Source of the DNA: Candidatus Nanopelagicaceae bacterium
GTDB taxonomy: Bacteria; Actinomycetota; Actinomycetes; Nanopelagicales; Nanopelagicaceae
Assembly (NCBI GenBank): GCA_947454735.1
Contig: CANGLK010000003.1
Coordinates: 9,138-73,137 of the forward strand
Direction: 5' to 3'
DNA: 64,000 nucleotides
Below, in pieces: positions 52,556 through 63,113 of the stretch. The translations under genes and the position numbers were made by a program. Numbering within the stretch: position 1 is the first letter of the stretch; every line of letters starts with the position of its first letter. The notes beneath the pieces were generated by a model. That model made no database searches and was not told the DNA's origin. It was given only the letters and a program-made list of their open reading frames with translations.

Positions 52556-53053
52556 ATGAGCGTAGAAATTGAGAAGCGGTGTGCCCAGTTATTGAGAGAG
52601 CTACGTCGTAAGAAGGGTCTGACCCTTCAGGAATGTGAAGAGAACACTCATGGAGAGCTCAAGGCAGTTGTCCTGGGTTCCTATGAACGTGGTCATCGGG
52701 CGATTTCGCTAGCTCGCCTTCAACAGTTAGCCGATTTCTACGAAGTTCCTATCGAATACTTCTTTACCGTCGCACCATTGGCGAGCAACGCCGAGAATGG
52801 CCGCTTTGTATTCGATCTCCGGAGAATCCGTACTAAGACCGAACTAAATCCAAACTTAGATAATGTAAAGAGGTATCTCGCCTCTATAGCTGCAAGAAGA
52901 AGAGATTGGAATGGAGAGGTCATCTCATTAAGAAGTAGTGATTCAGAAGTACTCTCATTGATCAACGAAGTGACAATCAACGAGCTATCTCAAGAGCTGC
53001 GATTGGCCGGCTTTCTCTTCGCCTCCGAAGTTAGCGGGCGACAGAATCCTTAA
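52556..53053 (+). CDS. bldD: BldD-family XRE transcription regulator
   Basis: KAVVLGSYERG.RA, LADFY.VP, DL.R, RRDWNGEVISLRSSD; canonical position between pyrR and nusB. Confidence 0.82.
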   Translation: MSVEIEKRCAQLLRELRRKKGLTLQECEENTHGELKAVVLGSYERGHRAISLARLQQLADFYEVPIEYFFTVAPLASNAENGRFVFDLRRIRTKTELNPNLDNVKRYLASIAARRRDWNGEVISLRSSDSEVLSLINEVTINELSQELRLAGFLFASEVSGRQNP

Positions 53054-53453
53054 TCGATGAGATCTTTCCCAATAAACCATGGATGAAGGTGGCAGAGTCA
53101 TCAGTCGATAAATCTTTAGCCAATGTGATTGCTTCATCAATGGCAATTCCATCTGCAAGTTCATCACTCCAGATAATCTCAAAGATTCCGAGGCGCAAGA
53201 TATTGCGATCTACTGCAGCCAAGCGATCCATATCCCAGCCTTGCGCATAGGTGGCGATAAGCTCATCGATTTTGCGCTTATTCGCGGAGACGCCAGTTAT
53301 TAGTTCGCGGGTGAAGTCACGAATGGGACGGGCATCAGGGCCCTCCTCTGTGACATCGCGGGATTCAAGAATCACAAGAGCATCGCTGCTACGGATATCT
53401 GATTCGTAGAGAATATCGAGGGCTTGCTTACGCGCCTTACTGCGAGCAGACAC
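53031..53453 (-). CDS. nusB: Transcription antitermination factor NusB
   Basis: MSARSKARK.AL..LYE, W...RL..VDRNILRL, IDEA..LAK..ST..S..FI.G.L. Confidence 0.95.
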   Translation of the reverse strand: MSARSKARKQALDILYESDIRSSDALVILESRDVTEEGPDARPIRDFTRELITGVSANKRKIDELIATYAQGWDMDRLAAVDRNILRLGIFEIIWSDELADGIAIDEAITLAKDLSTDDSATFIHGLLGKISSIKDSVAR

Positions 53454-53488
53454 GCTACTTGCTCACTGTCATAGAGAGAGCCATGAAA

Positions 53489-54049
53489 TTAATTAGCTCG
53501 GCCTTGGTAAGAACCATCTCGTGTATCGACCATAACTACTTCATCCTGCTTGATGAAGAGTGGAACCTGAATCTGAATACCAGTTTCAACTGTTGCAGGC
53601 TTTGTTCCACCAGAAGAGCGATCTCCTTGGAGACCTGGCTCTGTGTAGGTGATCTTGAGAGCAACTGATGCTGGAAGTTCAATGAAGAGTGGGTTGCCCT
53701 CGTGGATTGCAACGATTGCGCCAGTGTTCTCGAGCATGTAATTAGCTGCATCAGAGACTGTCGCCTCTGAAATTGTCATCTGATCGAAGTTGACGTCATC
53801 CATAAATACGAAGTCATCACCCTCTTTGTAGAGGAATGTCATCTCTCGCTTCTCAACGATAGCTGTCTCAACCTTTACACCTGCGTTAAATGTGCGATCG
53901 ATGACCTTGCCGCTAAGAACCTGCTTCAGCTTTGTACGTACGAAAGCTGGACCCTTACCTGGCTTCACATGCTGGAATTCAACAACTGTCCAGAGCTGGC
54001 CTTCAATATCAAGAACCATGCCATTTTTGAGATCGTTAGTTGTTGCCAT
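53489..54049 (-). CDS. efp: Elongation factor P
   Basis: [42 protein letters not shown]. Confidence 0.97.
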   Translation of the reverse strand: MATTNDLKNGMVLDIEGQLWTVVEFQHVKPGKGPAFVRTKLKQVLSGKVIDRTFNAGVKVETAIVEKREMTFLYKEGDDFVFMDDVNFDQMTISEATVSDAANYMLENTGAIVAIHEGNPLFIELPASVALKITYTEPGLQGDRSSGGTKPATVETGIQIQVPLFIKQDEVVMVDTRDGSYQGRAN

Positions 54050-54102
54050 CATTTACTCCAGTTCAACGTCCCGACTATCAGGACACAAGCGTTGAGTTTA
54101 CC

Positions 54103-54537
54103 CTACTTATTCAGCAGAGTGAGGAGCGCACGGAGGGCTAAACGGTATGAATCTGGACCGAATCCCCCAATAGTTCCATTAGCAATACCTGAGATAACAG
54201 AGGTATGACGGAACTCTTCACGTGAGAGAGGATTTGAAAGGTGTACCTCAATGAGTGGAGCTTTAACTAGCTCTGCAGCATCACGGATTGCATAGGAATA
54301 GTGAGTAAAGGCAGCTGGGTTGATAATGACCGGCGTATTTGTATCGGCAGCTCCATGAAGCCAACCGATGATCTCTGACTCTTGATCACTCTGGCGAACA
54401 TCTGCTTCAATTCCAAGCTCACTTGCGGAATCAGTGATGAGTTTTACCAATTGAGGATATGAGAGATCTCCATAGATAGAGGAGTCACGAATATCTAATC
54501 GAGACAAGTTTGGGCCATTGATTACTAAAACCTTCAT
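54103..54537 (-). CDS. aroQ: Type II 3-dehydroquinate dehydratase
   Basis: NGPNL..L..R...YG, INPAAFTHYS, EVHLSN...REEFRH.S. Confidence 0.94.
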   Translation of the reverse strand: MKVLVINGPNLSRLDIRDSSIYGDLSYPQLVKLITDSASELGIEADVRQSDQESEIIGWLHGAADTNTPVIINPAAFTHYSYAIRDAAELVKAPLIEVHLSNPLSREEFRHTSVISGIANGTIGGFGPDSYRLALRALLTLLNK

Positions 54538-55601
54538 GCGAGAACCTTCTCATATGCAGATTTCAATTCATCTTCAGTGACACCCTCTAGACGTCCACAA
54601 TTTCCAATCGCATTGAGGATAACGAAGCGAATGTTGGAGCCGCGAGACTTCTTATCGAGCGCCATCGCTGCGTAGAGGCTCTGCCAATTTGATGCCCCTG
54701 GAACGTTTGCTAGTGAGGTTGGAAGGCTTACGCCAGCCAAAATTGAACGATGACGTGCTACTAGATCGTCCTCTATCAAGCCCTTAAGCGAAGCAAGTTC
54801 AGCGACGAAGATCATTCCGATAGCCACCGCTTCACCATGGCGGATTGCGTAATCAGAGACCCGCTCAATGGCATGTCCGAATGTATGTCCATAGTTGAGA
54901 ATCTCTCGAAGCTCTGACTCCTTAAAATCTTCGCTGACAACCTTCGCCTTGGTTGAGATTGAACGCTCGATGAGCTTATTTACAAGTCCAGAATTGCTTC
55001 GAATCTCGCTTAGTGATTTTCCAGATACGAGAGTGAGAATCTCTTCATCATCGATGAAGCCGCACTTAATTACCTCTGCAAGTCCTGCAGCAAAATCACG
55101 ATCGCTCAGAGTCTTGAGCCAAGCTGGATCTATGATTACTGAAATCGGCGAATGAAAGGCCCCGATGAGATTCTTCCCATAAGGAGAGTTGATTCCAGTC
55201 TTACCACCTACTGATGCATCAACCATGCCAGCAAGAGTTGTAGGTACTGCAACCCAATCAATGCCGCGGAGCCATGAAGCTGCTGCATATCCTGCGAGAT
55301 CGGTGACTGTGCCACCACCGATGGCAACGATGAGATCACTCCGTGTAAATCCAGCTTTGGCTAGCTCTCCCCAGATGTAGTTGAGAACAGTAGCGCTCTT
55401 ACCTGCCTCGCCATCCGGTATCGGCAGGGTCAGTACTTCGGCGTTACCAAAAACAAGTGAAGGCATATCTGCAGCCATAGTTGCGGGATAGATGATTGCA
55501 ACTCGAGAGCGCTTCGTTACGAGTGGAGAGAGATCCCCGCGCCAATCGCCTGTAATGCGAACGGAATATGTGCGCTCTGCCCTTACCTCAATCTCAGCCA
55601 C
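54534..55601 (-). CDS. aroB: 3-dehydroquinate synthase
   Basis: GGG.V.DL.G, PTTL.GMVDASVGGKTG, LNYGHT.GHAIE, HGEAV, DKK. Confidence 0.96.
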   Translation of the reverse strand: MAEIEVRAERTYSVRITGDWRGDLSPLVTKRSRVAIIYPATMAADMPSLVFGNAEVLTLPIPDGEAGKSATVLNYIWGELAKAGFTRSDLIVAIGGGTVTDLAGYAAASWLRGIDWVAVPTTLAGMVDASVGGKTGINSPYGKNLIGAFHSPISVIIDPAWLKTLSDRDFAAGLAEVIKCGFIDDEEILTLVSGKSLSEIRSNSGLVNKLIERSISTKAKVVSEDFKESELREILNYGHTFGHAIERVSDYAIRHGEAVAIGMIFVAELASLKGLIEDDLVARHRSILAGVSLPTSLANVPGASNWQSLYAAMALDKKSRGSNIRFVILNAIGNCGRLEGVTEDELKSAYEKVLA

Positions 55602-56127
55602 GTACTATCCCCTTGCCTCGTAATTCATAAGCTATTCCGATTTCTGATGCAATATCTTCAACGCTCTTACTATCTACTTCGCAGATATAAGTCGCGACTC
55701 CTTCATAGATAGGAGCTCGTTCGTTCATTAAATTCTGCCACTGCGCTCGAGGATTGCCCATCAAGAGCGGACGGCCTTGGTTGAAACCAACGCGCGAAGA
55801 TACCTGTGAGAGCGAGATCTTGAGGTAGACGACGAAGGCGCCCGATGCACGGAGCGCAGATTGCGCATCCGTTGAAAGACATGCACCTCCGCCTAGTGAA
55901 AGAACTGTCTCATCTTCCAAAAGCGCCGTGCGGAGAATTATCTTCTCAAGCGCTCTAAATTCATCTTCACCATCTTCGATGAAGATATCTGAAATTTCTC
56001 GTCCGCTCTGGGAGACGATCATTTCATCTGTATCACGGAATGAAAGTGAGAAATCTTCAGCAAGTGCCCGACCCACAGTTGTCTTTCCAGAACCCATGGG
56101 ACCGATCAAGATAATACGAGGTGCCAT
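55594..56127 (-). CDS. aroK: Shikimate kinase
   Basis: GPMGSGKTT, GE.EFR..E, LGGG, RPLL, R...Y. Confidence 0.95.
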   Translation of the reverse strand: MAPRIILIGPMGSGKTTVGRALAEDFSLSFRDTDEMIVSQSGREISDIFIEDGEDEFRALEKIILRTALLEDETVLSLGGGACLSTDAQSALRASGAFVVYLKISLSQVSSRVGFNQGRPLLMGNPRAQWQNLMNERAPIYEGVATYICEVDSKSVEDIASEIGIAYELRGKGIVRG

Positions 56128-57309
56128 TTACTTAAAACGAAGATTTTCCATATAGGAGAGGTAGTTGCGACGGGTCTCAGCAACTGAGTCTCCCCCGAAC
56201 TTTTCAAGAACTGCCTCCGCTAGAACGAGAGCTGCCATAGCTTCACCGACTACCCCTGCTGCAGGAACTGCGCAGACATCTGATCGCTGGTTAATTGCCT
56301 TTGCTGCCTCACCTGAGATGACATCGATTGTGTCGAGCGCCTTAGGAACGGTTGAGATTGGCTTCATTGCGATTGAGACACGAAGCGCTTCACCATTAGA
56401 CATTCCACCCTCTGTGCCACCAGCGCGATCTGTTCTGCGAACAATTTTTCCGGCAGCATTACGTTCAATCTCATCGTGTGCTTGAGAACCACGACGTGAT
56501 GCTGAAGTAAATCCATCTCCAACTGCAACACCCTTAATTGCTTGAATCCCCATCATGGCAGCTGCAAGACGCGCATCGAGGCGTCGATCCCAATGGACAT
56601 GTGAGCCAAGACCTGGAGGCAAGTTATAGGCAAGAATTTCGCAGACACCACCTAGGGTGTCGCCATCTTTATGGGCAGCTTCAATCTCAGCGACCATCGC
56701 CGTTGAGAATTTTGGATAGGCGCAGCGGACCGGATCAGCATCGATGCGCTCCATCTCGGATGGCAATGGAAGAGGTAAACCTTCAGAGATCGAGACAGTT
56801 CCAATGGAAGTTACATGGCTAAAGATTTCAATTCCGACGCTCTGTTGTAGAAAAGCTCGAGCAATCGCACCTAATGCAACACGTGCCGCAGTTTCACGTG
56901 CACTTGCACGCTCAAGGATAGGTCGCGCATCATCAAAGTCATATTTCTGCATTCCAACAAGATCGGCATGACCTGGTCGTGGACGCGAAAGTGGAGCATT
57001 ACGAGCAAGATCCTTAATCTCATCGACAGGCAGTGGATCGGCCGACATGACCTTCTCCCACTTCGGCCATTCACTATTGCCTACCTGTATCGAGATTGGA
57101 CCACCTTGGCTCTCGCCAAGTCGAACGCCACCGAGAATTGAAACTTTATCGGCTTCAAAATTCTGACGTGCGCCTCGTCCAGTACCTAATCGACGTCGAG
57201 CGAGATGCTTATCAATATCTGCAGTCGAGATCGAGATATGGGCGGGCATGCCTTCGATGATGGCAGAGAGAGCTTGTCCATGTGATTCACCGGCTGTTAT
57301 CCAACGCAT
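56128..57309 (-). CDS. aroC: Chorismate synthase
   Basis: [48 protein letters not shown]. Confidence 0.97.
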   Translation of the reverse strand: MRWITAGESHGQALSAIIEGMPAHISISTADIDKHLARRRLGTGRGARQNFEADKVSILGGVRLGESQGGPISIQVGNSEWPKWEKVMSADPLPVDEIKDLARNAPLSRPRPGHADLVGMQKYDFDDARPILERASARETAARVALGAIARAFLQQSVGIEIFSHVTSIGTVSISEGLPLPLPSEMERIDADPVRCAYPKFSTAMVAEIEAAHKDGDTLGGVCEILAYNLPPGLGSHVHWDRRLDARLAAAMMGIQAIKGVAVGDGFTSASRRGSQAHDEIERNAAGKIVRRTDRAGGTEGGMSNGEALRVSIAMKPISTVPKALDTIDVISGEAAKAINQRSDVCAVPAAGVVGEAMAALVLAEAVLEKFGGDSVAETRRNYLSYMENLRFK

Positions 57310-57362
57310 GCACGTATTGTCGCAGACCGAGGCGGTCAGGCGCACCTTAAATAGGGCTCGAT

Positions 57363-57755
57363 TCAGATAGCGAGATAAGCAATGAGAAATGGCACCAGCA
57401 AGATCTGAGCAAAGGCGACAGATCCTCGAAGAGTTCGCCGCCGTATCAACTGCGAAATCAATGTTGCCGCGAGAGTAGCCAATGAGAGGTATAGGAAATC
57501 AGCGGATAGAACTATTGACCCTTGAGTAACGAGCAGCCCGATCAGCAACTTGAGGTCGCCCATTCCAATCTTTGCGACGCAGAAGAGAATTGATGCCACC
57601 GTGATTGAAATAATCGTAGCTACAAATTGATTCGGGTGTGGGTTGAGCAATAGAAGTGCGATAAGCAAGAGAGTGCTTGCATTCGAAATTCGATGAGTAT
57701 GGAAATCTCTAATAACTATCGAGCTAGAGATAGCAATCAGAAGAAGATCGAGCAT
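57363..57755 (-). CDS. Small prepilin-peptidase (A24)-like membrane protein
   Basis: D...HRI.N and IGMGDLKL aspartic-peptidase motifs; conserved aroE-aroC position. Confidence 0.7.
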   Translation of the reverse strand: MLDLLLIAISSSIVIRDFHTHRISNASTLLLIALLLLNPHPNQFVATIISITVASILFCVAKIGMGDLKLLIGLLVTQGSIVLSADFLYLSLATLAATLISQLIRRRTLRGSVAFAQILLVPFLIAYLAI

Positions 57756-57802
57756 TGAACGAGGCTACCGATTTAGGAATATGCCTCAATCTCTCCTGTG
57801 GA

Positions 57803-58612
57803 TTAGCGATTAGCCTTCTTAAGAATTGGACGTAGGTGTCTTGCTAGCGCCAATTCATCAAGGTCGCGATTGAGTGCGAGCGAGAGCTGAGCGATACCTT
57901 GATAGAGAAGGAGTTCAAGACCATTGATGACAGATCCACCGCTATCCGCCCAGCGCGAGGCCAGGACTGTTGGCCATGGCTTGTAGATCACATCAAAGAG
58001 AAGTGAACATGAACCTTGAGAGAGAGAATCTGCCAGTAGATCAGCGGCACCCGCCGGAGTCGTATTAACTACGAGGTCGTAATCTGCAAAACCGGGCGAA
58101 TCGTTCCAACGTAGGTATTCGAACTCTGATTTCTCAACGGCTCTTTCAAGAACTTCGCGACGCGTGCTTGTTCGTCCAAGTACAACAATCTCATCGGCTA
58201 CCCCGTCGAGAGCTCCCACAACTGCTCGCGCTGTTCCGCCAGCACCAAGGACGAGAGCCCTCTTAAATTTCGTATGCCCCTCATTCTTGAGGGCGCCAAT
58301 CAATCCCGAGCCATCAGTGCTAGTGAGATGCCATTGGTCATTGCGTTGATAGAGCGTATTTGCAGATTGAATCCGTTCGACAAGTGGATCGATTGCAACA
58401 TCTAAGTTCAGCGCCTCTTCCTTGAGGGGCATGGTGATTGAAAAATAATCGAACTCTTCTCTATGTGAAGAGAAGAAAGTCGATAGGTTTTCAAGTACTA
58501 CCTCTTGTCGGATGTAATCCCCTGAAATGCCAAGAAATTCAAATGCTTCTCGGTGAAGCAGCGGAGAGAGTGAGTGTTCAACTGGTGAACCAAGTACTGC
58601 ACCCTTCATCAT
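57803..58612 (-). CDS. aroE: Shikimate dehydrogenase
   Basis: GSPV.HSLSP.LH, SITMPLK, ANT, TD..G, GAGGTARA, G.ELL..Q. Confidence 0.94.
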   Translation of the reverse strand: MMKGAVLGSPVEHSLSPLLHREAFEFLGISGDYIRQEVVLENLSTFFSSHREEFDYFSITMPLKEEALNLDVAIDPLVERIQSANTLYQRNDQWHLTSTDGSGLIGALKNEGHTKFKRALVLGAGGTARAVVGALDGVADEIVVLGRTSTRREVLERAVEKSEFEYLRWNDSPGFADYDLVVNTTPAGAADLLADSLSQGSCSLLFDVIYKPWPTVLASRWADSGGSVINGLELLLYQGIAQLSLALNRDLDELALARHLRPILKKANR

Positions 58613-59637
58613 TTGCTCCTAAATTTTCCAGCTTTGAGATTCTGCTTGTAGAGAACCTTCCACGAATTGAATTGATTGATTGAATCTGTGAAGCGAGTAT
58701 CTCCTGGCGTCACAGTGATAAAGAAGAGCCACGCTCCAGTGAGAGGGTGAGTTGCCGCATACATCGCATCAAATCCAGGATTATTGATTGGTCCTGGAGG
58801 AAGTCCATAATGACGATAGGTGTTGTAAGGAGAGTTGATGAAGGTCGATTGAGTGCTTAAGAAGACCGAACCACGGCTCTGCTTTATATAGTGCACCGTT
58901 GAATCGAATTGCAGCGGCATTCCCTTAGCGAGTCGATTACGTACAACTTGAGAAATCTTTGCAAAATCCTTTGTATCGCCTTCTGCTTGCACAAGTGATG
59001 CGATTGTTAACAATTGCGATGGAGTGAACTTGGCAGATCCTTCCGTGATTCCACTTCTCAAAAGTTCGCTCCGACCACGATTAACCATTGAATTAAGGAT
59101 TTGAGTCACAGTCGTTGATGTATCAAAGCTGTATTGAGCAGGAAATAGGAGCCCCTCGAGCGCTGTAAATGGCTGAGGAATGATCGCTTGAGAGAAAGCT
59201 TTATCTATCTCAATCTTCGAGTAACCGATTGCACTAAGAGATTTCTTTATCTCGCTATTCCATGCTCCCTCATTGATAGAGAGGAGGTTTCCGATTCGCT
59301 TCGAGTCAAGAAGTTGATCGAGGGCACGTGATGCGCAAATCTTGAGATCAATCTCGTGAACTCCTGGTGCGATTCGACCAGAGCGAGGATCTGAGACAGC
59401 GAATCTAAAGAAGGCTTGTGAAGATGCAACGACACCTTTATCGAAGAGATCTTGTGCAATCTCTGAACCAGTCTCCCCCGATCTGATATCAATGGAGATA
59501 GAACCATTCTTTGCAATAGTGCATGGAAAATCTACAGCAGTTGAAATTCCAGGCTTGAGAAAGTGAATGAGGGCAATAATTGCGAAGGCGGCTACTACCC
59601 CAGCCAAACCGCGGAGGTTAGCTCTACTTATTTTCAT
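58609..59637 (-). CDS. mltG: Endolytic transglycosylase MltG
   Basis: N-terminal TM, LEG.LFP..Y, ASLVQAE, NRL..GM.LQ.D, SPYNTY...GLPPGPI.NPG. Confidence 0.93.
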   Translation of the reverse strand: MKISRANLRGLAGVVAAFAIIALIHFLKPGISTAVDFPCTIAKNGSISIDIRSGETGSEIAQDLFDKGVVASSQAFFRFAVSDPRSGRIAPGVHEIDLKICASRALDQLLDSKRIGNLLSINEGAWNSEIKKSLSAIGYSKIEIDKAFSQAIIPQPFTALEGLLFPAQYSFDTSTTVTQILNSMVNRGRSELLRSGITEGSAKFTPSQLLTIASLVQAEGDTKDFAKISQVVRNRLAKGMPLQFDSTVHYIKQSRGSVFLSTQSTFINSPYNTYRHYGLPPGPINNPGFDAMYAATHPLTGAWLFFITVTPGDTRFTDSINQFNSWKVLYKQNLKAGKFRSK

Positions 59638-60043
59638 GCAGTAAACCACTCTCAAGTATCGCTACCGCTGACATTGAGTCGATAAGCGCTCTAGAATCTT
59701 TCGCGTTCTTTCCTGCCTCATGGAGCTTCTTCTGCGCACCAACTGTTGACATACGCTCATCAATATATGTGATCGGTAGATCCGTGATTTCACTTAGCTT
59801 CGAGGCAAATCCCCGTACCTTCTCAACAGACTCACCTTCAGAACCAGAGAGAAGTTTAGGCAAGCCAATATAAATAATGATCGGCTCGTACTCATCGAGA
59901 AGGGAAGAGATCTCTCGAAGCACCTTTGGATTTCGAGAATCTAAGAACGGCAACGGGGTTGCCAAGATTCCATCCGGGTCGCAGATTGCTACACCTATGC
60001 GCGCATCACCATAATCAAAGGCGATTCTGCGACCTCTAGCCAT
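59624..60043 (-). CDS. ruvX: RuvX/YqgF nuclease
   Basis: D.G..RIGVA.CD, GLP, DERMST, D..SAV.IL. Confidence 0.93.
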   Translation of the reverse strand: MARGRRIAFDYGDARIGVAICDPDGILATPLPFLDSRNPKVLREISSLLDEYEPIIIYIGLPKLLSGSEGESVEKVRGFASKLSEITDLPITYIDERMSTVGAQKKLHEAGKNAKDSRALIDSMSAVAILESGLLHENK

Positions 60044-60044
60044 A

Positions 60045-62720
60045 TTACTTTCCAGAGATTTTTACAGTGATCGCTTCAAGAGCCTCGCGTGACTTGGAAG
60101 CGTCTACTCCTCCGCCTTGAGCGAAGTCATCTTTTCCGCCACCGCCACCGCCGAGAATCGTTGAACCAATCTTCACAAGCTCACCAGCCTTGATACCGGC
60201 AGCACGCGCAGCATCAGAAGCTGTTGCTACCAGAACTGGTCGACCACCCGATGCGCTGATGAGAGCTACAACCGAGTTTGTAGAACGTGAGCGAAGTTCA
60301 AGAGCAATCTTCTTGAGATCATCTCCAGACACACCATCAGGAAGCAAGCCTGCGATAAATGAGGTATCTCCCAGCGTCACAGCAGTTGCAGCAAGTGAAT
60401 CAACGCTTGCGAGTGCTTGAGCAGACCGAACGGATGCCAGCTCCTTCTCAACTTCCTTGATCTTATCGAGAAGAGCTTGGATGCGTTCTGGAAGATCTTC
60501 AACTCGTGCACCCTTAATCAAATCTGTGAGTGAGTTCAGAAGAATATGCTCACGAGCAAGGAAGCTGTAAGCATCCGCACCTACTAGCGCCTCAACGCGA
60601 CGAACACCTGCTCCGATAGAGGACTCACCAATGAGTTTTACAACACCGAGTTGGCCAGAGTTAGAGACGTGGGTTCCACCGCAGAGCTCGCGCGCCCAAT
60701 CACCAACGCTTACAACGCGAACCTGATCACCGTATTTTTCGCCGAAGAGCGCCATCGCGCCGATTTTCTTAGCTGCATCTTGAGTCATGACCTCTGCTGT
60801 CACGCTGAGATTATTGAGAAGGAGCGCATTGACGCGGCCTTCAACATCATTGAGAACGCCTGCTGAGACCGCACCTGTTGATGGGAAGTCGAAGCGGAAG
60901 CGACCTGGTGAATTTTCAGAACCAGCCTGAGTTGCAGTCTCGCCAAGAATTTCACGAAAAGCTTTATGGACCATATGTGTTGCAGTGTGTGCACGAGAGA
61001 TCGCATTACGTCGTTCAATATCGATCACTGCATGTCCAGCAGAACCAACACTGATCTCACCAGAGAGAACTCGACCACGGTGAACCGAGAGACCCTTGAC
61101 TGGAGATTGCACGTCAGAGATATCAATGATGGCGCCATTTGCGAGAGTGATACGACCGCCATCTGCAAGCTGTCCGCCACCTTCAGCATAGAAAGGTGTT
61201 GCATCGAGGATGACCTCAACATCGTCACCTTCACGTGCACTGGTCACGCTTACTCCATCAACGAGAATTCCATTGACCTTAGATTCAGTCTCTGTATGCG
61301 TGTAACCAATAAAGCTGGTAACGCCCTTGTCATCTGCAATCTTGCGATACTCGGTGAGGTCGGTGTGGCCGCTCTTCTTCGCCTTTGCATCTGCCTTAGC
61401 ACGATCGCGCTGTTCCTTCATCAGTCGACGGAATCCATCCTCATCAACTTCTAGGCCTTCTTCGCGCGCCATCTCAAGTGTGAGATCAAATGGGAAGCCA
61501 TAAGTATCATGAAGCTTGAAGACTTCATCACCTGGAAGCACGCTCTTCTTCTCACTCTTGAGTGCAGTAGTAGCAAGATCAAAGATCTGTGTGCCGCTCT
61601 TGAGCGTTGATAGGAATGACTCTTCCTCAGAAGTTGCAACAGCGAGGATGCGCTTTGTATCTGTCACGAGCTCTGGATATTGCGGACCCATCGCGCCGAT
61701 TGCTGCTTGGGTGAGCTCGGCCATGATTGCATCATTTGTACCGAGAAGACGCATATTACGAATGGTGCGGCGCATCATACGTCGCAGTACATAGCCACGA
61801 CCTTCATTGCCTGGAGTAACTCCATCGCCAATCAACATTGCAGCTGTTCGTGCGTGATCGGCAATCACACGGAGAGAAACATCGCTCTTCTCGGATGCGC
61901 CATATTTAACGCCTGAGAGATCCATCGCCTTAGTAAGAATTTGCATCGTAGTATCGATCTCGTAGATGTTCTCAACACCTTGCAAGAGGGCCGCAGCTCG
62001 TTCAAGTCCAAGACCTGTATCGATGCTCTTTGCTGGAAGTTCGCCAAGGATCGGATAGCCATCCTTGCCTCCGCCAGCACCGCGTTCGTTCTGCATAAAG
62101 ACAAGGTTCCAAATTTCGAGGTAACGGTTCTCATCTGCGATAGGACCGCCATCGCGACCGTATGCAGGTCCGCGATCAAAGTAAATTTCAGAGCATGGAC
62201 CACATGGACCAGGTACGCCCATAGACCAGAAGTTATCGGCCATATCGCGACGCTGAATTCGCTCTTTTGGAATACCTATCTTCTTATGCCAAATCTCTTC
62301 CGCTTCATCATCATCAAGATAAACAGTGACCCAGAGCTTCTCTTCTGGGAAACCGTAACCACCGTCAGAGATTGGCTTGGTAAGAAGTTCCCACGCTAGA
62401 GAAATTGCACCCTCTTTAAAGTAATTTCCGAATGAGAAATTTCCGCACATCTGGAAGAAAGATGCATGACGAGTTGTCTTACCGACCTCATCAATATCGA
62501 GTGTGCGAACACACTTCTGCACAGATGTCGCTCGATCAAAGGGAGGCTTTACCTCACCGAGGAAGTACGGCTTAAAAGGAACCATTCCTGCATTAACGAG
62601 GAGAAGATTGGGATCATCTGCGATCAGTGATGCAGATGGGACAACGGTGTGATTAAGCCCTAAGGAGTTTCCAGATTCAAAGAAGCGGAGCCAACGGGAG
62701 CGGATTTCAGCAGATTGCAC
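60045..62720 (-). CDS. alaS: Alanine--tRNA ligase
   Basis: [41 protein letters not shown]. Confidence 0.98.
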   Translation of the reverse strand: MQSAEIRSRWLRFFESGNSLGLNHTVVPSASLIADDPNLLLVNAGMVPFKPYFLGEVKPPFDRATSVQKCVRTLDIDEVGKTTRHASFFQMCGNFSFGNYFKEGAISLAWELLTKPISDGGYGFPEEKLWVTVYLDDDEAEEIWHKKIGIPKERIQRRDMADNFWSMGVPGPCGPCSEIYFDRGPAYGRDGGPIADENRYLEIWNLVFMQNERGAGGGKDGYPILGELPAKSIDTGLGLERAAALLQGVENIYEIDTTMQILTKAMDLSGVKYGASEKSDVSLRVIADHARTAAMLIGDGVTPGNEGRGYVLRRMMRRTIRNMRLLGTNDAIMAELTQAAIGAMGPQYPELVTDTKRILAVATSEEESFLSTLKSGTQIFDLATTALKSEKKSVLPGDEVFKLHDTYGFPFDLTLEMAREEGLEVDEDGFRRLMKEQRDRAKADAKAKKSGHTDLTEYRKIADDKGVTSFIGYTHTETESKVNGILVDGVSVTSAREGDDVEVILDATPFYAEGGGQLADGGRITLANGAIIDISDVQSPVKGLSVHRGRVLSGEISVGSAGHAVIDIERRNAISRAHTATHMVHKAFREILGETATQAGSENSPGRFRFDFPSTGAVSAGVLNDVEGRVNALLLNNLSVTAEVMTQDAAKKIGAMALFGEKYGDQVRVVSVGDWARELCGGTHVSNSGQLGVVKLIGESSIGAGVRRVEALVGADAYSFLAREHILLNSLTDLIKGARVEDLPERIQALLDKIKEVEKELASVRSAQALASVDSLAATAVTLGDTSFIAGLLPDGVSGDDLKKIALELRSRSTNSVVALISASGGRPVLVATASDAARAAGIKAGELVKIGSTILGGGGGGKDDFAQGGGVDASKSREALEAITVKISGK

Positions 62721-62728
62721 GGTGAGGG

Positions 62729-63091
62729 CTACTCAGCTTTCTTTTTAGCTTTACGTCCCTTGCTGATCTGAGCTGCACTCAGAAGCGCACCAGCCACTTT
62801 GACTGCAGGACCGTTCTTCTCCATAAAACCTGTCGTTGCATCGGTGACCTTAGTTGTCACTTCTTCAACGTTCTTGGTAATTCGGGCGAAACTTTCGAGG
62901 GGGCTATTGATGAGTTCGAGGGTACGTGTGGACTCTTCAAGAAGTGGCGTTGTGTCATCGGTAAGCGCCTTCAAGCTAGTCGATGCCTCATCAACAAGCT
63001 TGCCTACACGTACGACGACATAAGCAATCGCGACCGCAATAATCAGTAGTGATACCGATGCGATGATCGTTGCAATTCCACCTGGACCCAT
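62729..63091 (-). CDS. DUF948-family membrane-anchored coiled-coil protein
   Basis: N-terminal TM then helical repeat; usual position upstream of alaS. Confidence 0.65.
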   Translation of the reverse strand: MGPGGIATIIASVSLLIIAVAIAYVVVRVGKLVDEASTSLKALTDDTTPLLEESTRTLELINSPLESFARITKNVEEVTTKVTDATTGFMEKNGPAVKVAGALLSAAQISKGRKAKKKAE

Positions 63092-63113
63092 GTTTGTAGC
63101 CTACCGCTCCTCT

